Source: a virus. From it: a stretch of DNA of 64,000 bases. Every line of letters begins with the position of its first letter. Position 1 is the stretch's first letter. Made by a program: the position numbers and the translations under genes. The stretch is from IMG/VR virus record IMGVR_UViG_3300021963_000041, positions 63,150 to 127,149 of that record. The stretch is one strand, 5' to 3'. The notes below the pieces were generated by a model, which was given only the letters and a program-made list of their open reading frames with translations, was not told where the DNA came from and searched no databases. Positions 35,511 through 43,880 of this stretch are shown piece by piece.

Positions 35511-37361
35511 TTATTCTTCTTGTAAGATATTATCCTCGTTCAACAAATTTGAATTTTCTTCAAAACGCTCGGATTCAAATGTATCTTGTATTGCGTTTTT
35601 CTTTTTATCCAATTCTGTGATCAAACCTTCGTATAACGCTCTCTTCTTTGAACTCTCATAAACCTTGCGGATAGTCTTGTTTCCTAACGGATCCCATCCA
35701 AGTGGATGCTCATGTGTACCATGTGTTCCTGGTTCTTCTGGTCTTCCAGCTCCAGGCCATCCACCTTTTGGCATTTGTGCTTGCCTTTCATCGTACCCTT
35801 TTGGTACCTCTCCACTACCCTTATATAAAGCTGCTAAATCGTGAGGTGTTCCAAATGACTGTCCAGTCTTGATTGGATCATTACCTTCTGTTTTAATCTG
35901 CTCAATTCTAAACTGGGCTTTTGTATCTTCGATAATTCGATTTTGCTCTTGTAGGTATTGTACCTCAGTTAATCCAAATAACTGCTCGTAAACCCAATTG
36001 CGACTGAATAACTTTTTCTCTATCATGTCACCAGCTAAGGTAACTTTACTAGTCCAAAGTTCAATCTTCTCTTTTTCATATACCGAAGATGGTGCTGTTA
36101 AGCTTAAACTAAAGTCTACTAAATCTTCGTCAGTAAATCCTTGAGTGTACAAATGCACGATTGCAATCTTGTACAACTCAGATGTGATAATTTTCTGTAC
36201 ACGCTCTACTGTTCTAGCAAAACGGAAATCTTGAGATGCTAGAGTTGCTTTACCGGTTGTATCCTCTTCATATCCAAGATACGCTTTTGGAATCTTTAAT
36301 GACCCTAGTAGACGATTCTTTAAGTACTCGATATCCGTAATACCATCATAGTTTAGACCTGCTAATGGTTCGATGTTGGTACCACTTTCTGAACCACGAA
36401 CTGGAAGATAAAAATCTTCAAGAAGGTTCTGCATATTGTACTTTAAGTTGTATTGACCAGTCTCTGGATCAACGTATGGTACTTTCTTCATTCTGTTGAT
36501 CATACCTTCCATGAAAGCATCTACCTCAGCAGGTGGAATGTTACCAATATCAATCTTAAAAATACGTTTATCTGGAGCACGCATAATACGATGAATTAAC
36601 ATCGCATCTTCCATTAGTGTGATCTGTTTCCAAACCTTTCTAGATGGTTCAATGATCGCTCTACCATACGGTAAAAAGTTTGTATCACTTAATAAGCGAA
36701 AGTGTGCAATCTCATAGTTATCGTAAGTCTCACCCTCTTTACCAGCAGATGACATATGTGTCAATCCTGATACAGCTGTTGTATCTCTACGGAACTTAAC
36801 CTTTGTAGGATTTTCTGGATCAAAGTTTTCTTCTCTGATCATTTCATAAGCTGAGATAGGTTCCACATTAATAACACCAAACTTTTCAGCAATGTTTAAG
36901 TGTAGAAAGAAGTCACCATATTTGACCGTATTTCTAATCCAAGGCCATAAGTTAAACTCGATGTTCAATACATCATAGAATAGGTTATGTAAAACTCGTT
37001 GAACTTTCTCATTTCCTGTGGTGATTGTTAACATATCACCGTACTCATTTTTAGCAGTACACTCGTCTGCATAAATGTCTAATGCTGACGAAATAATACT
37101 ATCCGTATCCATTGCTTCATAATCACGAAACAACTCTAAACGAGTATATAATTGTAATTGACCGGCATGTTGAGACATACCAGGTGTTGTAGAGAAGAGT
37201 CTTGAAAATCGGTCGATTCGACGGTTTGTGTTTATGTTTCCGTCAGATTGAATGCGAGCTGTATCAATAACCTTTAGTTGGTTACCTCCCACATTACGAA
37301 TGATCACATCCGTACTAAAGAGCTTTTGTAGCCTGCTAAAGAGTGTCTTATTTTCAGCCAT
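35511..37361 (-). CDS. gp20: Portal protein (T4 gp20-like)
   Basis: LMEDAMLIHRIMRAPDKRIFKIDIGN, EDFYLPVRG, DIEYLKNRL..SLKIP, D.RFARTV.R.Q. Confidence 0.95.
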   Translation of the reverse strand: MAENKTLFSRLQKLFSTDVIIRNVGGNQLKVIDTARIQSDGNINTNRRIDRFSRLFSTTPGMSQHAGQLQLYTRLELFRDYEAMDTDSIISSALDIYADECTAKNEYGDMLTITTGNEKVQRVLHNLFYDVLNIEFNLWPWIRNTVKYGDFFLHLNIAEKFGVINVEPISAYEMIREENFDPENPTKVKFRRDTTAVSGLTHMSSAGKEGETYDNYEIAHFRLLSDTNFLPYGRAIIEPSRKVWKQITLMEDAMLIHRIMRAPDKRIFKIDIGNIPPAEVDAFMEGMINRMKKVPYVDPETGQYNLKYNMQNLLEDFYLPVRGSESGTNIEPLAGLNYDGITDIEYLKNRLLGSLKIPKAYLGYEEDTTGKATLASQDFRFARTVERVQKIITSELYKIAIVHLYTQGFTDEDLVDFSLSLTAPSSVYEKEKIELWTSKVTLAGDMIEKKLFSRNWVYEQLFGLTEVQYLQEQNRIIEDTKAQFRIEQIKTEGNDPIKTGQSFGTPHDLAALYKGSGEVPKGYDERQAQMPKGGWPGAGRPEEPGTHGTHEHPLGWDPLGNKTIRKVYESSKKRALYEGLITELDKKKNAIQDTFESERFEENSNLLNEDNILQEE

Positions 37362-37392
37362 TAGTGTTTATTTTTAATAAATAGTCGCGGCA

Positions 37393-38964
37393 TCAAAGAA
37401 GCCATCCCATGTCCTCATTGTTCCCTTTATTGTCCGTCATATTCCACGGATTATTAGTTTGGGCTCTAGTATACACAGCTACGGTCGATTTGATATTATT
37501 TACTGCCACTCGGTTAATTTCTATACCTGCTTGTCTAAGTTTCAATGCTGTATCTCTGACCCACAACCCTTGACCAAAACACATGACCAAGTCATCGTTA
37601 TAGCCTTGAGCTGCTTCAGCTCTACCAGCTCTCCATATGAATACATACAACTCATCAAGCAAGCGCTTACTACGTATTATACAACTATTTTCACGGATAA
37701 ACAACTCTAGTTTAGAAATAACTAAAGGTCTTGTTTTATGTGACATTGTAAACCCTGCAACCATGTCAGTTTTAGATGCTAAGTCATATCCCTTAGTTAG
37801 GAACTTGTCTGAGTCTAATGCATCTTGTTTATATGTGTAATATAAATTTGGATAGTTCCTATCAATAACTTGCTGAATTGCTGCCCATCCTACGTTAGCG
37901 TTCTCCACAACTAGCAATGCATTGTTCCACTCTGTTGCTGCAGCTACTAGTAAATTACCGAAATCTTTTGTTCCAACCTGACCTTTATATTCTGCTACCT
38001 GGCGACATGATTCAACCTCAACAACATGGAAAGCAGAGTAGTCACTACCATCTCCACGAGCAACGTCGGCAGATAGGATATAGTTTTTTGTGTAGTCTGG
38101 AAACTCCCATACCCAGTAGTTACCATCAAAACCTCTCTTCTCAATTGGATCTTGAGCATAGGTCTGCATGTAGTATGTAATGAGCTCTGGTGATACGACA
38201 GTATTACCTGATGTACTAAAGTCACAGTCACACTCCTGAGCTGCAAGTCTTAAACCAAGCTCAGCATCTTGTCGATCTCTCCATGTTTGATCCCTCTCAG
38301 GATGCACTTGCCATGGAAGTCGTAGAGTCTTAAACTTATTCTCACCTGCTTCTGCTTTAGTCCACATTTTGTGGAAGAAGTTACCAGTACCATTAGGAGT
38401 TGATAACAAGATACCTTGACCACCCGTACTCAATGTTTGTTGTAGTGATGCCCATAGTTCTTCTGCTCCATCAACGAAAGCTGCCTCATCAATAATAACT
38501 AACGATAACGCTTCTGAACGTCCTGATGTTCCTGTACTCGATACGGCTTTGATTTGTGATCCGTTTGAAAGTCTCATTGAAAGCTTGTTACTCTCAACCG
38601 CCTTCAGCTTTAACCAACTAGGTAAATTATCAAACATCACTCGCACCTTTGTTACAAGGTTCTTAGATGTGTTCTGGTCAATCGCAACTACAAGTACGTT
38701 CTTATCATTTTGGAATAGAATCATCCAAAGTGCATAACCTGCAATAAGTGTTGAGATACCTAGCTGTCTAGATTTTAAAATGATAACCCTGTCGTTATCT
38801 TGAAACTCTTGTAACGAGTCTTCTTGGTAAGGATAAAGATGAAATGGAATTTTTCCCTTAGTGGGGTGCTGAATCATACAATACTTCTTCATGAAGTAAG
38901 TTGCTGACTTTGCACACTTTAGGTACTCCTCCTTGATTATATCTTTTAAAGTCTTTTCTGACAT
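37393..38964 (-). CDS. gp17: Terminase large subunit (T4 gp17-like)
   Basis: LYPYQ, KSRQLGIST Walker A, IIDEAAF Walker B, STPNG, nuclease ADVARGDGSDYS and NDDLVM. Confidence 0.97.
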   Translation of the reverse strand: MSEKTLKDIIKEEYLKCAKSATYFMKKYCMIQHPTKGKIPFHLYPYQEDSLQEFQDNDRVIILKSRQLGISTLIAGYALWMILFQNDKNVLVVAIDQNTSKNLVTKVRVMFDNLPSWLKLKAVESNKLSMRLSNGSQIKAVSSTGTSGRSEALSLVIIDEAAFVDGAEELWASLQQTLSTGGQGILLSTPNGTGNFFHKMWTKAEAGENKFKTLRLPWQVHPERDQTWRDRQDAELGLRLAAQECDCDFSTSGNTVVSPELITYYMQTYAQDPIEKRGFDGNYWVWEFPDYTKNYILSADVARGDGSDYSAFHVVEVESCRQVAEYKGQVGTKDFGNLLVAAATEWNNALLVVENANVGWAAIQQVIDRNYPNLYYTYKQDALDSDKFLTKGYDLASKTDMVAGFTMSHKTRPLVISKLELFIRENSCIIRSKRLLDELYVFIWRAGRAEAAQGYNDDLVMCFGQGLWVRDTALKLRQAGIEINRVAVNNIKSTVAVYTRAQTNNPWNMTDNKGNNEDMGWLL

Positions 38965-38979
38965 ACGTAACCGGTATTG

Positions 38980-39399
38980 TTATGGTATCAAAAAACCAAT
39001 CAACGTTGTTAGGAATAATGCACCTACTGTACCTCCTAACACCCTTGTTGTTTTTCTTAACCTAGTATTGTCTTTTTCCAAATCGGAAACGATTAATACA
39101 TACTTAGATTCTTTCTCTTTGTAGAGTTGAATTTGTTGTGTGTAGTTTGCTTCTTTTTGGACGTAAGTTTGGATGATACTATCTTTCAACTCAACTTTTT
39201 GCTCAGTGAGTTGTAATAGCTGTATAGTTTGAGTTAACTCAGCTTTTGCTGAATCCCCTTTCACTAAATCAACTGCAATTTTTTTAGCAGTAGTGCAAGG
39301 AATCATAACCTTGCAAGTATCCTTAATTGTAACGGTCTGTGAAAAAGCTGTCAAGCTCAGTAGGAGTGTACCTACCAACATTTTGAATTTTAGTGCCAT
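38980..39399 (-). CDS. Secreted coiled-coil protein with C-terminal TM (spanin outer component-like)
   Basis: Signal-like LVGTLLLSLTAFS|Q, coiled coil, hydrophobic C-terminus; overlaps the upstream TM protein gene. Confidence 0.5.
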   Translation of the reverse strand: MALKFKMLVGTLLLSLTAFSQTVTIKDTCKVMIPCTTAKKIAVDLVKGDSAKAELTQTIQLLQLTEQKVELKDSIIQTYVQKEANYTQQIQLYKEKESKYVLIVSDLEKDNTRLRKTTRVLGGTVGALFLTTLIGFLIP

Positions 39400-39676
39400 A
39401 TTGTTTTTTTAGATTAGAAATTTTACCCTTTTGGTTATCGATTTCATCATCTAATGCAGACACCTTTATCTCAAAGTCTTTGATGATGCTATCGCGAACC
39501 AGTTGCTCACGCTCCAAACCACCAATAACTTGAGTCAAACTATCGATCTCTTGTTTCTGTTTTGCGTAACGATCAGCGTCACCAATCTTTGGTGCTTTGT
39601 ACATAAAATAGTAAATCAGCAATGCTGCGATGACTACTATTAACATTAGGTTTGTTTTTGTAACTCTTGCTTGCAT
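39323..39676 (-). CDS. i-spanin (Rz)-like protein
   Basis: N-terminal TM (LMLIVVIAALLIYYFM) plus coiled coil. Confidence 0.55.
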   Translation of the reverse strand: MQARVTKTNLMLIVVIAALLIYYFMYKAPKIGDADRYAKQKQEIDSLTQVIGGLEREQLVRDSIIKDFEIKVSALDDEIDNQKGKISNLKKQYGTKIQNVGRYTPTELDSFFTDRYN

Positions 39677-39677
39677 A

Positions 39678-39863
39678 CTATTTTAATTTACGTTCAGTCT
39701 TAGCTGAGTAGTTTTTATCAACGTAGTTGAAGAAGTTTTTCTTTCTCTCAGGATCTTCCAAATCAGCTGGTGATTTGATGTCGAACTTAACCATTGCTTT
39801 TTTGAAAAACTCTTGATAAGCTGTATCCTCTTTTAGACGTTTTATGATATGTGCCGTTTTCAT
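39678..39863 (-). CDS. Small hypothetical protein
   Basis: 61 aa, coupled to neighbours; RLKED site. Confidence 0.7.
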   Translation of the reverse strand: MKTAHIIKRLKEDTAYQEFFKKAMVKFDIKSPADLEDPERKKNFFNYVDKNYSAKTERKLK

Positions 39864-40282
39864 TATTGTATGATGTTTGATTTTACAGCTTGTAATATTT
39901 TTAATTTACCCTCACTAGAAGCATTGAACATAGTAATCAAGTCACCAACCATAGTTACTAAATCATCTTGCTCAACTGGCTCTGTACTAGTTTTTAACTT
40001 TTGTACAAATTGATCCATTGCATCTTGAAAGTCTTGGTTTAATCCAACTTCGGGTTCTGGTTCTGGAGCAGGTTCTGGCTTAGGCTCTTCTTTAGGCTTT
40101 TCTTGCGGCTTAGGTTCAGTTACTGGTTTGTCAGTAGGTGTTTCAGGAGTCTCGGGAGTTTCTGCAGCTGGAGTTTCTTCTGTACTCTCCTCATCCGCTT
40201 CCATGATCTTACGAATCTCTTTTTGGATATAACGACGCAATAAGCTTTCAGCTAATTGTGATTTTGTCCTATTCTTCTTCAT
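39863..40282 (-). CDS. Hypothetical protein with Pro/Glu-rich linker
   Basis: LAES/IQKE/IMEA leader then PE-rich tract; promoter motif at 40300-40307. Confidence 0.7.
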   Translation of the reverse strand: MKKNRTKSQLAESLLRRYIQKEIRKIMEADEESTEETPAAETPETPETPTDKPVTEPKPQEKPKEEPKPEPAPEPEPEVGLNQDFQDAMDQFVQKLKTSTEPVEQDDLVTMVGDLITMFNASSEGKLKILQAVKSNIIQ

Positions 40283-40314
40283 TTTTTAACGCGTTTATAT
40301 ATAAATAGTATGTG

Positions 40315-40536
40315 TTAAGCTTTAAGACCTTTCTTATATTGCCATCGAAATAAAATGGATAATCCAAAGAACAACCCCGCTATACAGTACAAAGCGAAAT
40401 TCGCTCTCCACAAATTTCCAGTTGCTAGTATCAACCAATATTGGACTACGTCGAACCCCAGTGGATTGAAGAATAGAGCTATCATCATGCTCCAGGTTGC
40501 GAGATCCTGTTTTTTTATTCCTCTTACTACTCTCAC
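40315..40536 (-). CDS. Small two-TM membrane protein
   Basis: Two hydrophobic segments with basic termini; GTG start; competes with overlapping 40334..40543 frame. Confidence 0.5.
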   Translation of the reverse strand: MRVVRGIKKQDLATWSMMIALFFNPLGFDVVQYWLILATGNLWRANFALYCIAGLFFGLSILFRWQYKKGLKA

Positions 40537-40542
40537 CTTCCA

Positions 40543-40950
40543 TTATTTTTTATTTTGGTTCGACCTTACAGAAATCACTTTCTGCATATGCTCTCTCACA
40601 AGTTTGCGTACTTGCTCTTGCAATTTACCTTGCTCATAAGCCTCCACTTCTTGCTCCAGTTGATTGAAGTCTTCTATGTCGGCTGTGCGAACAAATTCAA
40701 CAGCTCTTCGAAAGGTTTTGAAGTTTAGTTGATCCATTAACTTTGGATCACGAAATATTTTACGAAGTAGTTCTCTTACACCAACAGAGTTTATAGTCAA
40801 TTCGTTTACACTCTCGTTTGCGTTAAGATGTAAAGCTGCTAAATATTTACGCAATGCTTCTTTGTTGCCATCTGTGCAACCTACCTTCTCACCACCATCT
40901 TTTTTGTAGACGCAGTATTGATCTCCGACCTTTCTAGCTGTATATGGCAT
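40543..40950 (-). CDS. Hypothetical protein
   Basis: Small N-terminal Cys-containing domain then VNE/LQE/VRE sites; TAATG coupling. Confidence 0.7.
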   Translation of the reverse strand: MPYTARKVGDQYCVYKKDGGEKVGCTDGNKEALRKYLAALHLNANESVNELTINSVGVRELLRKIFRDPKLMDQLNFKTFRRAVEFVRTADIEDFNQLEQEVEAYEQGKLQEQVRKLVREHMQKVISVRSNQNKK

Positions 40951-41969
40951 TATGCTTTTCCTTTTTTGATTGCTTCCTTAAGCATCTTATCAATTGCTTT
41001 GGTTGCTGATTCTTTAAATGGTTCTTTGAAGTTAATCTCACCTGATTGGAAAGCTGTGTTAACAGTTGCTTGAGTTGTCTTATCTCCAGACTTACCTGCT
41101 TGTGGCATAATTGTTCGTGGATAAGGTCCTTTCATTTTGATAATAAGTGCGTGTGACTTACCGATATACTTAGCTACAGCTGCTCTATTTTTAGCATCAG
41201 CAGCATCTCGATCGTTGTTAGGTACTTTTAATCCCACCTTTGTAAAAATCTCAGGAGCATATTTTGCAAACTTTTGAACTTCTGCTTTACCTATGTTTTC
41301 TGTAACATATTTTATCACCTCTTCAGTGCTAGTAGCCATTAAATCCTTTCCTTCGAAAGGTTTAGTAACAACTTTTCCTGCTTTTGCTGCGATTGCTAAT
41401 TGCATTGCTTTAAGTGCATCTTCTGCACCCATTCCTGCTGGAGCTTTCATAATGTCGCACATCATTTGAGCTTTTGGATTAATCATAAAGCAAAGTGACC
41501 ATCTATGATGTCCATCTAAGATTGCTACTTGACCATCCACTTCAGCGCACAATACTGGAATCTTTCCATCTGGTGATGGCATCTTTACTGGATTAGTAAA
41601 AGCTGCATCAATAGCTCCATACTTGTCATTGATAATATCATCAAGGCTGTTTCCGAATCCTATTTCTGCTTGTGTTGGAAACATTTTAGTTGCAGCAATT
41701 GGTGTAGTATTAAACGGCACTTTTTCATCTTCTGGTTGACCATCTTCAGTACCTTTGTTAGCAGCTGCTTTGAACTCTGCATCCGATGCTTTAGCTTTTA
41801 AGTCAGCTACAGCACCAGCAAGATCTTTATCCATTGCTTTTTTCAAATCATCTGCTGCATCCTCTATAATAAGGAGTCTGTGCATTTCTGTGTTGTAATA
41901 GTCTTCAGAAATGACTCTGGCTTTCAATTGCCAGTCTAATTTTTGTTTTAAGTCTTTTACGTTTGCCAT
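40950..41969 (-). CDS. ParB/Srx-like domain protein
   Basis: MFPTQ and ILDGHHRWS motifs. Confidence 0.7.
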   Translation of the reverse strand: MANVKDLKQKLDWQLKARVISEDYYNTEMHRLLIIEDAADDLKKAMDKDLAGAVADLKAKASDAEFKAAANKGTEDGQPEDEKVPFNTTPIAATKMFPTQAEIGFGNSLDDIINDKYGAIDAAFTNPVKMPSPDGKIPVLCAEVDGQVAILDGHHRWSLCFMINPKAQMMCDIMKAPAGMGAEDALKAMQLAIAAKAGKVVTKPFEGKDLMATSTEEVIKYVTENIGKAEVQKFAKYAPEIFTKVGLKVPNNDRDAADAKNRAAVAKYIGKSHALIIKMKGPYPRTIMPQAGKSGDKTTQATVNTAFQSGEINFKEPFKESATKAIDKMLKEAIKKGKA

Positions 41970-41999
41970 GTTAATTGATATTGTATAAATAGGATAACC

Positions 42000-42455
42000 T
42001 TACCACTTTCGGCAAGACCAATATCTTGGTTTGTGTCTTGGTCCTGGGTTATCGCAGTTGTGTCTTGCTCTAAACGATCTACGTCTTTCTGGATTGTTCT
42101 TTTTAATACTCATACCCTTCTGTCCAAAGTTTACTTTAACAACATTGCCTTCTGGGTTTTTAACATAGACCTTGAACTTCTTAACATCACCACGCATTGG
42201 TTTACCAAGTTGTACATTACGACCTTGATATTCTGCTTCAGTTATTTGTATGTTTCCGGCTTTGATGTCTTCCATCAACGCTAACGCACAAGCTTCACAG
42301 ATAGTGACTTCGTATACACCCTCCTCTGCATTAATCTTCTTAGCAGCAGCTACTGCTTTTTTGTATGCCTCAGAGCCTTTACGTGCGGGTGCTTCACCTC
42401 GAGCACGCTTAGCTCTTATGTTTGCCCACAATCCTTGAGACTCTTCGTTTGTCAT
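42000..42455 (-). CDS. T4-like phage hypothetical protein
   Basis: AEYQGR...KKFKVYVKN..GNVVKVNFG...RRSFRARHNC...RYWSC basic domain familiar from large myoviruses. Confidence 0.75.
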   Translation of the reverse strand: MTNEESQGLWANIRAKRARGEAPARKGSEAYKKAVAAAKKINAEEGVYEVTICEACALALMEDIKAGNIQITEAEYQGRNVQLGKPMRGDVKKFKVYVKNPEGNVVKVNFGQKGMSIKKNNPERRRSFRARHNCDNPGPRHKPRYWSCRKW

Positions 42456-43063
42456 TATTTTTTATTTAAGTGTGTATCTAATACACCGCCAATGGCAGTT
42501 GCATGATTTGCAAGATGATTGATATCTTCCATACCAAGCTTAGTTTTTCTTTTTGTATAATCTAGACCCATAATAGCTATAAATTTACCATCAATATTCT
42601 TAACAGCAAAAATATACTCGGATCTACAACCTGACTCTTCAGCTACATATTTCAATCCCCATGTTGCAATAGACTCATCTTTAAAGTCAGCAATCTCAAT
42701 AATATCATTTTCTAATAGTTGATTGATAAATCGTGAAAATAAGCTGACAGGTATATTTTGAAAGTTGGTTTGGATTGATGTAGCTCCTGCTGAAACAACC
42801 TCATACACTACGCTAAATTTAGCAATGCTTTTTCCGGTTGGATAGAAATGACCTCCATTATGAAATTGTGATATCCAAACTCGATCTGCACCAAATTCAT
42901 CACGGATATGCTCCATCTTTGCAAGCACCTTCTCACTAGTTTCTAACGCTTCTTGAACCATATCGGTTTTTTTCTTACGTCGTTCTATAATATACCGAGT
43001 GACTAACACCACGATAGGTCCCAATACGCCAGTTAGGAAGGCTGCTACAATCGCTGAATCCAT
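42455..43063 (-). CDS. Holin-like protein, N-terminal TM plus GAF-like domain (T4 T-like)
   Basis: Single TM, then ADRVWISQFHNGGHF...YE...IAIMGLDY. Confidence 0.6.
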   Translation of the reverse strand: MDSAIVAAFLTGVLGPIVVLVTRYIIERRKKKTDMVQEALETSEKVLAKMEHIRDEFGADRVWISQFHNGGHFYPTGKSIAKFSVVYEVVSAGATSIQTNFQNIPVSLFSRFINQLLENDIIEIADFKDESIATWGLKYVAEESGCRSEYIFAVKNIDGKFIAIMGLDYTKRKTKLGMEDINHLANHATAIGGVLDTHLNKK

Positions 43064-43566
43064 TACTTTTCTCTTATTTCTTTTATGTTTTGTTCTAGTT
43101 TTTCAACCACTTGGGTTTTTATTTCTTCTAAATGATCTTGGCTGACATCTTTCCATCTCTCAACCATACCATCTTCAGTAACATTAGAACTAGAAACACT
43201 ATCACTCATGTAGTCCTTCATATAAGATTCAAAGTCTTTCAAAAACGCTTCAGCGTTATTTAGCATTACTTGCTTCTCATAATCAGCCCACTCACCACTC
43301 TTCATCATTTTGTGATCGTTATCAATCACACACTCAAAACAGCTTTTATGTGTAGACCAAGCTTTTTCATCTAAATGATGTTTCATAGCCTTTCCACAAC
43401 TAGGACATGCTAATGGAGTTAGTAACTCCTTTCTAGCTGCCTCCATCTTTGAGATGGTTCTTTTTATACCATTCTTAATGGTCCATAACTTTCCTTGCTC
43501 TTCCCATACATCACCTTCAATACGTTTTGTATATTTAGAGTCTGTCGTAACAAATAAATCTCTCAT
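43063..43566 (-). CDS. Zinc-finger hypothetical protein
   Basis: CPSC...CFEC. Confidence 0.7.
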   Translation of the reverse strand: MRDLFVTTDSKYTKRIEGDVWEEQGKLWTIKNGIKRTISKMEAARKELLTPLACPSCGKAMKHHLDEKAWSTHKSCFECVIDNDHKMMKSGEWADYEKQVMLNNAEAFLKDFESYMKDYMSDSVSSSNVTEDGMVERWKDVSQDHLEEIKTQVVEKLEQNIKEIREK

Positions 43567-43877
43567 CGTGCTTGTAACTTGTATTTTTCAATTACGAATT
43601 GTACATTCTTATCAAATTTACGCAAAGCTCTACGAAGCTCTAGTCGTACACCTTCGGCTAATTTAGCACTCTCATTACTATCACCAACTGATCGGAAAAA
43701 CTCTTTTCCACCAACTGACGAAATACTAATCGTAAAGCTAAATTCTGGGCTTCCCTCTTCTCCTACGTTTTTGAAATCTGCATCGTAGTGTAGGGTCATG
43801 TTTGTGCTAGGTGAAGATGCAATAGCCTCTTTCTTTTCTTCTAGCTTTTGGTTTTCAAGTAATTTCTTTAGTTTCAT
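43563..43877 (-). CDS. Hypothetical protein
   Basis: MKLKKLLE leader; coupled to neighbours. Confidence 0.7.
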   Translation of the reverse strand: MKLKKLLENQKLEEKKEAIASSPSTNMTLHYDADFKNVGEEGSPEFSFTISISSVGGKEFFRSVGDSNESAKLAEGVRLELRRALRKFDKNVQFVIEKYKLQAR

Positions 43878-43880
43878 TTT

